DNA of 64,000 nucleotides from a virus, in the IMG/VR virus record IMGVR_UViG_3300050821_007764, positions 25,049-89,048 of that record. One strand, given 5' to 3'. Under the pieces are notes generated by a model. It ran no database searches. It was not told where the DNA came from and saw nothing but the letters and a program-made list of their open reading frames with translations. Position numbers and translations under genes: made by a program. Within the stretch, counting starts at the first letter, position 1. Every line of letters starts with the position of its first letter. Below, piece after piece: positions 52,905-61,700 of the stretch.

Positions 52905-54347
52905 TTAGTACGGCAGCCAGACACTGTTCGAGACAGTGGCCTGGATCGTGTACTGCGCACCGGCGGAGAGCGGTCGTGTCGCCTCGAAGGAGAGTGCCGA
53001 CATGATCGTGTCGGAAATCTTCACGTCATTGGCGAACTTGGTCACAGCGATCTGCGGGCACACGAAATTGATCGTGCTCGACAGGGTCGGGTGCTGGAGC
53101 TGGAATCCCAGCGCGCCCAGCGTCTGTGCGTCCAGGCGGTTGAAGTCGCCGTAGGTGGCGTCGTTCAGGCTGGACCACACCACGTCCACGGTACCGTTCA
53201 CATGCAGGGTGACCGGGGTCAGGAAGCTGGGGCCGTGGTTGCCAGAGAACGTGTATGTCTCTTTGACGCCGTTCTCGATCACGATATTGACGTTGCTCGT
53301 GTCGGCGCGCAGCGAGTTGTAGAAGTTCAGCGTCGCCTCAGTGAACACGAACGGCAGCTCGTTCGTGACCGAGATAGCCGACGGGGACGTCAGCACAGCA
53401 ACGGACCGGCCCATCAGGTCGGCCGTGATCTCCGCTGCCGCATTGCCGACCGGCATCTTCAGGTCGAACTTGTTGACCCGGCATCCGGCGAACTGGAGCG
53501 ACTGGTAATTGCCGAGGTTTTTCTCTACCGTCAGTGACGGGATCGTGGAAGCCCCCTGGACAAAAGTGTGCGTGAAGGGGGTGGTGACCAGTGCCACGGC
53601 CGCAGCAGAGGCATGGGCGTACGTCAGCGCCGTATCCAGCGTCAGCGTATTGGTCGCAATGTTGGTGATCTTCCGGACTTCCGCAGTGGTGGTACCAGAG
53701 ACACTGTTGATGTCGATCTGGATGAAGTTGCCCACAGCCAGACCGGCGGCCGACGTGACCACGACGGTCGTGGCCGTCGCAATGCTGGGGGAGCTGAGCG
53801 TCGTCGTGGCAACGTACGTCGTCACAGCCACACCGGTCGTGTGCCCGAAGGAGATGGCGTCCGCCACCGTAATGGTCGTGCTCGCCACGACAGTGATCTT
53901 CCGGACCTCCTGGAAGACACCCGTGTCGATCGTGATCTGCTGTCCCACGGCAAAACCGGTCGCAGAGGTCACCACAAGCGTCGTGGCACCGGCGACGATG
54001 GATCCGTTGAGCGTGGTGGACGTGGCCGTCGCGAACGTCCCGATGACGCCGAATCCGACATTGGCGTCCTGCCCGATCGAAGCGGCCACCAGCGCCATGG
54101 CATTCGAGGGGAACAGCGGACCAGCCAGAGCGCCCTGGTACTTCGCTTCGCCCTGCAGGTTGTAGATGTGCAGGTCACGAACGCCCTGCATAACCTCTGG
54201 CGAGAACCAGCCCGGGTCCTCCTCCATCGTATTGGAAAGCATCGGAAGAAACGTCGAAGGTGCTACTGGGGTGCCGAACGTGGTCTCTTTAGCAATTCCG
54301 GTGGCGGAAAGACTACCGAGCCGCTCAATGATTGTCGGAAAAGGCAC
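52905..54347 (-). CDS. major tail (tube) protein with two inserted repeats
   Basis: GIAKETTFGTPV; PSLTVEK...FAGCRVNKFDL; position in the tail module. Confidence 0.85.
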   Translation of the reverse strand: MPFPTIIERLGSLSATGIAKETTFGTPVAPSTFLPMLSNTMEEDPGWFSPEVMQGVRDLHIYNLQGEAKYQGALAGPLFPSNAMALVAASIGQDANVGFGVIGTFATATSTTLNGSIVAGATTLVVTSATGFAVGQQITIDTGVFQEVRKITVVASTTITVADAISFGHTTGVAVTTYVATTTLSSPSIATATTVVVTSAAGLAVGNFIQIDINSVSGTTTAEVRKITNIATNTLTLDTALTYAHASAAAVALVTTPFTHTFVQGASTIPSLTVEKNLGNYQSLQFAGCRVNKFDLKMPVGNAAAEITADLMGRSVAVLTSPSAISVTNELPFVFTEATLNFYNSLRADTSNVNIVIENGVKETYTFSGNHGPSFLTPVTLHVNGTVDVVWSSLNDATYGDFNRLDAQTLGALGFQLQHPTLSSTINFVCPQIAVTKFANDVKISDTIMSALSFEATRPLSAGAQYTIQATVSNSVWLPY

Positions 54348-54356
54348 GGTCCCCCC

Positions 54357-54611
54357 TTACAGGGTCTCGGTGTCCGCTGCCACGGGGGCATCGGCTGGTT
54401 CGGGCAGGGAATCGGGAAGGACTTCGGCAACACCTTTTCGCTTGCCTACTGGCCGGGATTCAACCGGCTCCGTGACCTCTTCGACGTCATTCCGGCGGGT
54501 AAACGATTCGGCCAGCTCGTCGGGGACTGTGAACTCCGCGCCTGGTCCCACCTCGCCGACACCGGCTGTGTGGAACGTGACGGTGAGCGGCCCCGTGTAA
54601 CGCAGCTTCAC
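54357..54611 (-). CDS. hypothetical virion-associated protein
   Basis: KLRYTGP...GAEFTVPDELA. Confidence 0.65.
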   Translation of the reverse strand: MKLRYTGPLTVTFHTAGVGEVGPGAEFTVPDELAESFTRRNDVEEVTEPVESRPVGKRKGVAEVLPDSLPEPADAPVAADTETL

Positions 54612-54619
54612 AGGCTCTC

Positions 54620-55117
54620 CTAGAGCTGTTCGGGTTTGATGTACTCGCTGACGGTGAGGGTGAGTGTGCGCCGGATGAAGGGCTGGACCTTGTCCACGGC
54701 CCGCCGTGGAAAGTCATTCGCCGTAGTACCCGGGTGCTGGACAGAGCGGCGGTAGAAGTGCTCCCCGCCGCGCTCCCAGTGCAGGATTTTTCCGGCCCCT
54801 GATCCGCCCTTGGGGATCTCATGCCCACGGGTTCCGCTGATCACGTATTTGGCGTACGGAACATCGGAGACGAAGACCATCGAAATGCCCTTGCCGACTC
54901 CCCCGCCGACACTGTCGAGCTTGATGGACTTCTTCAGGTCGCCCTTCACCTGGCCACGGGACAGTACGGTGTCGTCGTACTTGTATTCCGGAGCCTCAGC
55001 CCTGATGGCATCCAGAACGACAGGAGCGATCCGGCTGCGCCAGGTGGCCGCCATGGGCTTGAAAACCCATCGGGGAAAAGAGACCTTGCCCCCCTCGACC
55101 TTGATCTGGATACTCAT
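54620..55117 (-). CDS. HK97 gp10-like tail completion protein
   Basis: GDLKKSI; VPYAKYVISGT; HPGT..NDF. Confidence 0.7.
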   Translation of the reverse strand: MSIQIKVEGGKVSFPRWVFKPMAATWRSRIAPVVLDAIRAEAPEYKYDDTVLSRGQVKGDLKKSIKLDSVGGGVGKGISMVFVSDVPYAKYVISGTRGHEIPKGGSGAGKILHWERGGEHFYRRSVQHPGTTANDFPRRAVDKVQPFIRRTLTLTVSEYIKPEQL

Positions 55118-55602
55118 GCCTGCACCGCCTCATAGAGCTCCATGCCGATCCGGGCCGTGTAGTAGAGCATGCGCAGGGTTGCGGGGGTGCGTTCCGGCGG
55201 GTATTCGAACTCGAAGTTCTCGCCGACGTTCAGGAGCTGGCTCACAACACCTGTCACTGGGTCGGTGATGAACAGCGGGGTCTGCGTGGTCCATAGTTTA
55301 TTGAAAACAGCGTCCACGATCAGAGGGAATTCTGTATCGACCGTCGGGGAGTCCGGATTCGTCTCGTAGACGAGGTAGATGTCCATCAGCCAGGCGAGGT
55401 GCTTGAAACCGGCCCCACGGGGCATGGTCTGGCGCTGGATACGGAGTCTGCTGCCCCAGACGTAGGCTTTCGGACTGTCGAGATCCTCGACTGTGGGCGG
55501 TGTGATGTATGCCTGCAAAGGAGTGGACATGCCGGGGATGGCGAGGCCGTCCAGTTGGTTTTGCAAGTACAGCTGGACCGAATTGAGCGGCGTGGGACTC
55601 AC
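55114..55602 (-). CDS. tail terminator-like protein
   Basis: Size and synteny only. Confidence 0.55.
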   Translation of the reverse strand: MSPTPLNSVQLYLQNQLDGLAIPGMSTPLQAYITPPTVEDLDSPKAYVWGSRLRIQRQTMPRGAGFKHLAWLMDIYLVYETNPDSPTVDTEFPLIVDAVFNKLWTTQTPLFITDPVTGVVSQLLNVGENFEFEYPPERTPATLRMLYYTARIGMELYEAVQA

Positions 55603-55605
55603 CTC

Positions 55606-55755
55606 CTACCAGGCGCGTGGGGCATTTACCGTGCGGACGTGTGCGTGCCGATTCCCGACATGCCGATCGCGTACGGCCTTCTTGCGCGCGGTATGCGCTT
55701 TCTTCTTCCGCGTGCTCTTGCGGGACTTGACCTTCTTGCTGTGATGCCAAGCCAC
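55606..55755 (-). CDS. small, extremely basic protein
   Basis: AGGAGG RBS; VAWHHSKKVKSRKSTRKKKAHTARKK. Confidence 0.6.
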   Translation of the reverse strand: MAWHHSKKVKSRKSTRKKKAHTARKKAVRDRHVGNRHAHVRTVNAPRAW

Positions 55756-55763
55756 CAGACCTC

Positions 55764-56717
55764 CTAGATCACACGCCTGAACGGCTCCATGATCGATTCC
55801 CACTGGAGGTGCAGGTCCGAGATCCCATGCCCACCAGCCGTCTGCGATCCTGTGATGTTCTGGATCGAGACACTCGTGATGCCGGACTCCAGCGCCTGCG
55901 ACATGGCCGCCAGAATCGTCGCCCACAAAACGTCCGACGGGAGACTGGAGATCACAATCGACGTGGGGACCGAGCCGGTATGCGCGAAAACCAGTGGTGC
56001 CGACAGGGTCAGCGTCCCAGGCCCCGCCTGGGCCGTCCCGCCGCCGTTGGGGAGCACCAGAGGGGTATTCGCCGTCACGGACGTGACATGGACCGTCTCC
56101 GTGCTTGCCCCGTCGTAAATCTGGGCCGAGGCACCGGTGAAACCAGTAACGTCGTCCACCTGAAGAGTACTGGAGCCCGCCGCAGCGCTCACCGTGATAC
56201 CAGCATGCGGCCATCCGTTGATGTACGTACAGGAGAAGCGGTACCCATTGCGCCCGAGCCGCCAGCTGGCGAGGCCAGGAGCGGTAATGATGGACTGGCC
56301 ACCCGTACCGCCGGAACCCCCCGCCACGTAGGAACCGTAGACGCCGATGATGGGATTCTCAACATCCCAGAAACCTGCTGGGGCCTGTGTCCACTGTCGG
56401 GGGAAGGCAGCATTGCCAGAGGTCTGGACGGCGAGGATCTGTGTGATCGGCCACCGTGACAGAATCCAGCGCACGTTCCCTGTGGCCTGCTCGATATTGA
56501 TGCGGAAGTCACCTGGACCGGAGCGCTGCTCGGTGTCGACGGTGGCCCGCAGCGTCTGGTTGACGAAACCGTCGATCATCGTGGTTGCGCGGTGGCAGAT
56601 GTTCGTCTGCTCGGCGAACTGCTGGTCCGTGGTGGCCTTCGGCATAGGAATGATCGACCAGGCCACACCTGTCGGAGCTGAGGTCAGGATTGAGGGCGTG
56701 ATGTACGGTGTGGCCAC
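55764..56717 (-). CDS. head-to-tail adaptor
   Basis: PYITP; RATTMIDGFV; WPITQI; YINGW; MEPFRRV. Confidence 0.7.
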   Translation of the reverse strand: MATPYITPSILTSAPTGVAWSIIPMPKATTDQQFAEQTNICHRATTMIDGFVNQTLRATVDTEQRSGPGDFRINIEQATGNVRWILSRWPITQILAVQTSGNAAFPRQWTQAPAGFWDVENPIIGVYGSYVAGGSGGTGGQSIITAPGLASWRLGRNGYRFSCTYINGWPHAGITVSAAAGSSTLQVDDVTGFTGASAQIYDGASTETVHVTSVTANTPLVLPNGGGTAQAGPGTLTLSAPLVFAHTGSVPTSIVISSLPSDVLWATILAAMSQALESGITSVSIQNITGSQTAGGHGISDLHLQWESIMEPFRRVI

Positions 56718-56732
56718 GTGGTCGCCTCTCCC

Positions 56733-56909
56733 TTAAATCGGATCCTGTACGCCGAATTTCTTTGCACATCGTTTACACAGAAGTCTGGCGTTTTCCAGGT
56801 CCCGAACCTTGTGCTTTTCACAGACCAGCGACCCGCAGGAAGCGCATGCGCCGACCGGAATGCCCCGGGAGTTCGCGTTACAGAAACGGCAGTTACGACT
56901 ATTTCGTAT
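56733..56909 (-). CDS. 58-aa B-box-like zinc-finger protein with apparent ATA start
   Basis: CRFC...ACASCGSLVCEKH...LCKRC; GGAGG 4 nt before ATA; no in-frame ATG/GTG/TTG. Confidence 0.55.
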   Translation of the reverse strand: MRNSRNCRFCNANSRGIPVGACASCGSLVCEKHKVRDLENARLLCKRCAKKFGVQDPI

Positions 56910-56941
56910 ACAGCCTCCCGGTCGACGCTGCGACGCCGCTG

Positions 56942-57541
56942 TTAGCCCAGTGCAGCCTTGAGCGCGGCAATCTGGTCGTCCCGGGAGCGCGTGATCGGCA
57001 CGCCGTTCTGCTTAGCGATTTCCCGCAGTTCGTTGATGGTCAGGGTGTCCAGGTCAGGCTTTGCCAGCTCGACAGGCTCAACCGGTGCAGCCTTCTCGAC
57101 CGGCTGGACGACCGGAGGGAGCTGGGGGGCGCGGGAAACCTCAGGGGTTGCCACAATGTCGGCCTGTGGGGCTCCGACGGGGGCGGCCGGGCCGATATTG
57201 CCCGTGGTCATGAACTGCATGAACTGCCCGAGGATAGCGGGCAGATCGCCGAGCTTTGCGAGCTGCCCAAGGGCATCTGCGGTGCTCTGGGCCTGCTCGA
57301 TGGAGCCGCGCTTCTCAATGTCCTCGCGGGCGCTGGTCTCGTCAATGGTTTCCGGGATGGTGGTGATCTGGGTCGTCCACAGAGAGTCCGAGCGCAGGAA
57401 ATCCTCGCAGGGGTGGCAATTCAGGGCCCAGACCTTGGCCGGGGCTCCAGCGACGACAGGTCGGCGGTGGACCTCGCCACAGCCTTTGTGATCGCGGGAA
57501 ACAGCTACCGCAGCAAGGTCACTGCGGGCGTAGAGAGTCAT
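56942..57541 (-). CDS. hypothetical protein with C-terminal Rho-N/HeH-like domain
   Basis: LDTLTINELREIAKQNGVPITRSRDDQIAAL. Confidence 0.7.
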   Translation of the reverse strand: MTLYARSDLAAVAVSRDHKGCGEVHRRPVVAGAPAKVWALNCHPCEDFLRSDSLWTTQITTIPETIDETSAREDIEKRGSIEQAQSTADALGQLAKLGDLPAILGQFMQFMTTGNIGPAAPVGAPQADIVATPEVSRAPQLPPVVQPVEKAAPVEPVELAKPDLDTLTINELREIAKQNGVPITRSRDDQIAALKAALG

Positions 57542-57569
57542 GTCGTTCTCTTTTCGTTGTATTGATCGG

Positions 57570-57848
57570 TCAGACGACGAACGTCTCAGTACCGCACTTG
57601 GTGCAGTGGGTGTTCCAGACATTCCAGACCCGGCCACAGTCCGGGCACTGACGGCCCTTCTTGGTGCCGAAGGACTGGGATCCCTTGCCGGAGATGAAGT
57701 CCTGCTGGCCGTACTGCCCGTGCTCGATGGCAGCGGCATGCCTGTCCGAAACGGTGACAGTTCCACCGGCACGGTTGGCGGTGTATTTCGTGCCGTCCTT
57801 GCAGTCGAATCCCTTACAGCCCGGCGGCAGGTTCACCTTGACAGGCAT
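57570..57848 (-). CDS. zinc-ribbon protein
   Basis: CPDCG...CTKCG. Confidence 0.7.
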   Translation of the reverse strand: MPVKVNLPPGCKGFDCKDGTKYTANRAGGTVTVSDRHAAAIEHGQYGQQDFISGKGSQSFGTKKGRQCPDCGRVWNVWNTHCTKCGTETFVV

Positions 57849-57858
57849 GCTTTCCCCT

Positions 57859-58155
57859 TTACTGTGCGGTAGTGATGAGCCAGCTCACCGGGCCGGTCGG
57901 GGCGGAGGCGGTAAGGATGCTGAGAGTCGTTCCTTTAGACCCCGGGTACATCGGAATGGTCACCGTCGTACTGTTGGGGATACCGAATCCGGCTGTCGCT
58001 GATGCTGTAACGCCTGCGGCGATGTAAGCGATCGACCCGCAATTGTTGCTGATGATGATTGATCCGACCCCCGGCGGCACGGTGCACAGCGTAGCCGCCG
58101 TAGTGTTGCTGAGCGCCGGAAGGCTGGTCGAACTGAGCGTGCCGCCGTTGATCAT
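57859..58155 (-). CDS. small virion structural protein
   Basis: Thr/Ala/Gly-rich; TAATG overlap with the upstream gene. Confidence 0.6.
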   Translation of the reverse strand: MINGGTLSSTSLPALSNTTAATLCTVPPGVGSIIISNNCGSIAYIAAGVTASATAGFGIPNSTTVTIPMYPGSKGTTLSILTASAPTGPVSWLITTAQ

Positions 58156-58886
58156 TACGCCAGCCGCTCCACAACGCCGCCAACCAGCGAAATGGTGTTG
58201 GAGGCAGAAGCGGCCGACCAGGTGACGCCGAGGGTGAGCGCATTGGCCGTAGTGCTGGTAACCGTGGTGGCCGTGGTCGGGCTGATGCAGTAGCTGGAAG
58301 CAGTACCAGTGGCAGCAGTACCCAGGGTGACCGTAAGGTTCGCCCATGCGGAAGTGGCCGAGCGGAACGTCACCATGCAGTCATAGCTGAACGGCACGTT
58401 GGACACGCCGGAACCAAGAGCCGCACTCGTGAACGTGCCCAGTGCCGTACCGGCGACACCGCCCCAGTACAGCGTGAAGGCAATCGTCGGGGTACCCGTA
58501 TCCGAGTACAGGCCGTAACCCATCATGTTGTACACCGCACCGGCAACGGGGTCGTTCGCCGGAACCGTGTACGACTGGAGGGCCGTCGCCGAAGCAGTGT
58601 TCGCGACGGTGACCGTGCTGGTCTGCGACTGGACCACGCCACCGATGGTGGTGACCTGACCGGTGGAGCTGACAGCCGTCAGCACGCCACCGTTGGCGCT
58701 GTAGAGAACACCCGCGCTGCTCGGCGTCGTAGGAGCAGCCGTCAGAACAGGGAGAGTGGCACCGCCGTTGAACGCGACAGAACCACCGGAACGGAACTGG
58801 ACCTTCCCGTCGAACCACTCGTCGGCCAGGCTGAGCGTGGTGCCGTACGGGGGGAGGGTGCCGAAGTCGGAGCCGCCTACTGGCAT
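58155..58886 (-). CDS. virion structural protein (head fibre/decoration-like)
   Basis: Thr/Ala/Gly-rich beta composition; AGGAG RBS. Confidence 0.65.
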   Translation of the reverse strand: MPVGGSDFGTLPPYGTTLSLADEWFDGKVQFRSGGSVAFNGGATLPVLTAAPTTPSSAGVLYSANGGVLTAVSSTGQVTTIGGVVQSQTSTVTVANTASATALQSYTVPANDPVAGAVYNMMGYGLYSDTGTPTIAFTLYWGGVAGTALGTFTSAALGSGVSNVPFSYDCMVTFRSATSAWANLTVTLGTAATGTASSYCISPTTATTVTSTTANALTLGVTWSAASASNTISLVGGVVERLA

Positions 58887-58906
58887 CTTTTTCTCCTAAC
58901 AGGGAT

Positions 58907-58940
58907 GCCCGGCGGGGGCAGGGGAATACCCCCGCCGGGC
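58907..58940 (-). terminator. hairpin
   Basis: 12-bp GC stem. Confidence 0.5.
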
Positions 58941-58954
58941 GGCTTTTGGTGTAC

Positions 58955-59320
58955 TTAGATCGTTGCTTCAGTGGTCTGGAGACCAACCTGAACCTGCGAC
59001 GTACTCGCGGAGACACCGTAGATACGGCCCGCAGTCTGCCCTGCGGTGGCGGTGTAGCCACGGAGGGTCACCTGGCCACCAACGGCAACAGGGAGGCCCT
59101 GGGTGGTGCTGCTGTTGGCGATGTTGGAACCACCACCAACATAAAGAATGCCGGGACCCTGGTTGACGATCGTCACATTCTGGAGGGTCTGTGCGGGGGT
59201 CAGAACATTGACCTTGCCCAGCGATCCGAAAGCAGTCGCGCTGACGTTGGACGGGTCCCAGATCAGGGCAACCGTGGTAATGGTGGTCGTCTGGACCAGG
59301 TTGCCTTCGAAAATAGCCAT
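58955..59320 (-). CDS. virion structural protein (decoration-like)
   Basis: AAGGAG RBS; IVNQGPGILYVGG. Confidence 0.65.
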   Translation of the reverse strand: MAIFEGNLVQTTTITTVALIWDPSNVSATAFGSLGKVNVLTPAQTLQNVTIVNQGPGILYVGGGSNIANSSTTQGLPVAVGGQVTLRGYTATAGQTAGRIYGVSASTSQVQVGLQTTEATI

Positions 59321-59330
59321 GTGAAGCTCC

Positions 59331-59786
59331 TTATGTACAAACGAGTGTGTACGGGAGGCTTGCACTGAAGCCCCAGACGTACTGCTGAATTCCGTCTGGC
59401 TGTGACGAAGAATTCAAATGCAGGGATGGAAAGTTGACTTCATTTGCTGGAAGGCCGCTTCCCAGAAAAAGGCTGAGTGGCGTACCCCCGTCTGTACACA
59501 GCGCAGTGATCGTCGTACCACTGCTGCTAACAGAAGCAGTCCCGTTGAAGTACTTCAGGGCTGGCACCGATCCAGGCCAGGAGATGGCAGTCTCGTAGCT
59601 GTAGCACGATCCTGCGGAGTCAATGACCCGAAGTGCACCACTACTGGTGGTGTAGCACGCATTGATCGTTCCGTCACTGGCGGGAATGCTGGCTGAAGCA
59701 TCCACCGCTACAACACAGACGAGACCAGTGGCGATTGCCGCCAATGCCGCCAGCTTTCGAACCACTCCCCTTGTGAGGGTAGCCAT
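59331..59786 (-). CDS. secreted protein with signal peptide (moron-like)
   Basis: RK + hydrophobic stretch + ASA cleavage site; IPASDGTINACY..SGALRVID..C; lower GC. Confidence 0.7.
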   Translation of the reverse strand: MATLTRGVVRKLAALAAIATGLVCVVAVDASASIPASDGTINACYTTSSGALRVIDSAGSCYSYETAISWPGSVPALKYFNGTASVSSSGTTITALCTDGGTPLSLFLGSGLPANEVNFPSLHLNSSSQPDGIQQYVWGFSASLPYTLVCT

Positions 59787-59807
59787 TTGGCTGTCCTTTC
59801 CGTGGGG

Positions 59808-59840
59808 AAGGCGGCACCGAGGGATGCTCGGTGCCGCCTT
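59808..59840 (-). terminator. hairpin terminator after the major capsid gene
   Basis: 14-bp stem AAGGCGGCACCGAG/CTCGGTGCCGCCTT. Confidence 0.65.
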
Positions 59841-59846
59841 GGCCGA

Positions 59847-61673
59847 TTAGCTGAACGGGGTGGTGTCCGAGACCTGGAGACCCTGGAGGATGCCCGAGTA
59901 CTGCGGGGCGTGCGCGACAAGCGCTCCGTACATGAAGATGCTGTAGCGGAACGTCGCGTCGATGACGGGCCACGCCACCGAGACGTAGTCCTGGACCATG
60001 GTCATCTCCCACGCGTTGGCGACGTTCGTCCACGTCTGCGGGAGCTGGTAGGACATCAGCATCGCGGAACCCTGGGTCAGCCACGGGTGCACAACGAGCT
60101 TCAGGATCGACCGGGTGATCGGGTTCTGGAACTCGGAGACAGCCGCGCCGACGCGGACACCGGAAACGTCCGGCTGGTCCAGGAACAGGCGGTAGTTCGT
60201 AGCCGCACCCTGCGAGATGACGTCATTCGAGAGGCGCATGATGTCGCCGCCCTCGCCCACGATCTCCGCAGGGTCGGCACGGAACGCGCCCGGGTTGGTG
60301 CTGGTGGTGTTGGCACCGTTCCACAGGGCCTGAAGGGCGGTGTAGAGGACGTTGTAGTTCAGGTGCTGCCCGACGGACGAGTTGACGTAGCCGCCCTGCC
60401 AGTTGCTCGGGTAGACGCCCGAGGTGGCGGACTTGCCCGTCAGGGTCGGGATCAGGCCCTCCATGCGGGTGCCCGTACCCGTACCCGTGTCGGCCGCCGG
60501 AGGCGTGACCGTGGCGGGCAGCGTGGCGAAGCCCTGGAGGGTGTACTTGACACCGCCCACGCCGGACGCCATCAGGTAGTAGCTGGTGCCGTCGTAGCCG
60601 TAGACGTTCCACGACTGGCCACCGGCGGGCATCGCCGGGAACGTGACGTCCACGACCTGACCCGACGCCACCGAGAACGTGGTCGCCGCAGCGGACACGG
60701 CGGTGGAGCCGTAGTAGTTGGTCGCAGCCACCTTCACGGAGGTGATGGTGGTGTTGAACGCGGTCTCGTTCGAACCGGCGGTACGGACAGCCGCAGTCGG
60801 GGTGCCAGGCGTCGCCAGGATCGTGCTGGAGGCCGACAGCATCGCGTACTCTTCGCCGAGCATCATCTCCTGGAGGAGAATCAGGTTGGCGAGGGCCGAA
60901 ATGTCCTCAAAGCCCTGACCGGCGAACTGCGCCAGCCACGACAACGACTCGGTCAGACCGAAGAAGCGGTACGGGACATTCAGCTGGACCTCGGTCTGCG
61001 AACCGGCGTTCGGCAGGTTCAGCGGCCACGAAGTGGACGCCAGGGAACCGCTCGACTGGACCAGCTCGGGAATCGAGATGTCCGTGACACCCTGACCACC
61101 GGTCTGGGTGCCGGAGATACCGGTGAACACGCGCTCGATACGGCTGGTGCCCTGACCGGCCGGACGGGGCAGCTTGTTCCGGAAAACCGTGTACATCGGG
61201 TAGATGAGACGGCTCGGGGCGAGCAGGTCAAAAGGCACAAGGCCGGAAACGGTGCCAATGCCGAGGTTACCGGCGGTGAACGACTTGAGGGCGTCCGCAC
61301 CACCGGGCATCTGACCCAGAACCTGGGAAAGCTGCTCACCAATGGACGGGGCGGTCAGTGCGGTCTTCAGATTGCCGAACTGGCCCAGGAACTGCGGATT
61401 CAGGCCCTTGACGACGTCCGCTTTGCGCGTGTAGCCACGGTTGGTCTCCGTACGGAGCTCCATGGTGGCCTGGTGCGCCTTGGTCAGGATCTGACCCGGG
61501 TCGGACAGCGCCTGGTTGCCGGTACCGATGTAACCGGCACCCTTGACCATGTACGACATGCGGTTCTTGAGCATGTCGCCGGAACGCGAGTAACGGCCTG
61601 CCTCAGCGGACGCCTCGTTGTTGGTCGGCCCGACCGTGGCGGGGGGGACCTCCATGCTGAGAATGTCAGCCAT
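59847..61673 (-). CDS. major capsid protein with inserted Ig/FN3-like domain
   Basis: Follows the protease; strongly biased codons; PFDLLAPSRLIYPM.T.FRNKLPR; LVVHPWL; GALVAHAP. Confidence 0.8.
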   Translation of the reverse strand: MADILSMEVPPATVGPTNNEASAEAGRYSRSGDMLKNRMSYMVKGAGYIGTGNQALSDPGQILTKAHQATMELRTETNRGYTRKADVVKGLNPQFLGQFGNLKTALTAPSIGEQLSQVLGQMPGGADALKSFTAGNLGIGTVSGLVPFDLLAPSRLIYPMYTVFRNKLPRPAGQGTSRIERVFTGISGTQTGGQGVTDISIPELVQSSGSLASTSWPLNLPNAGSQTEVQLNVPYRFFGLTESLSWLAQFAGQGFEDISALANLILLQEMMLGEEYAMLSASSTILATPGTPTAAVRTAGSNETAFNTTITSVKVAATNYYGSTAVSAAATTFSVASGQVVDVTFPAMPAGGQSWNVYGYDGTSYYLMASGVGGVKYTLQGFATLPATVTPPAADTGTGTGTRMEGLIPTLTGKSATSGVYPSNWQGGYVNSSVGQHLNYNVLYTALQALWNGANTTSTNPGAFRADPAEIVGEGGDIMRLSNDVISQGAATNYRLFLDQPDVSGVRVGAAVSEFQNPITRSILKLVVHPWLTQGSAMLMSYQLPQTWTNVANAWEMTMVQDYVSVAWPVIDATFRYSIFMYGALVAHAPQYSGILQGLQVSDTTPFS

Positions 61674-61700
61674 GGTGTTTCCTTTCAGCGGGAGTTTTCA

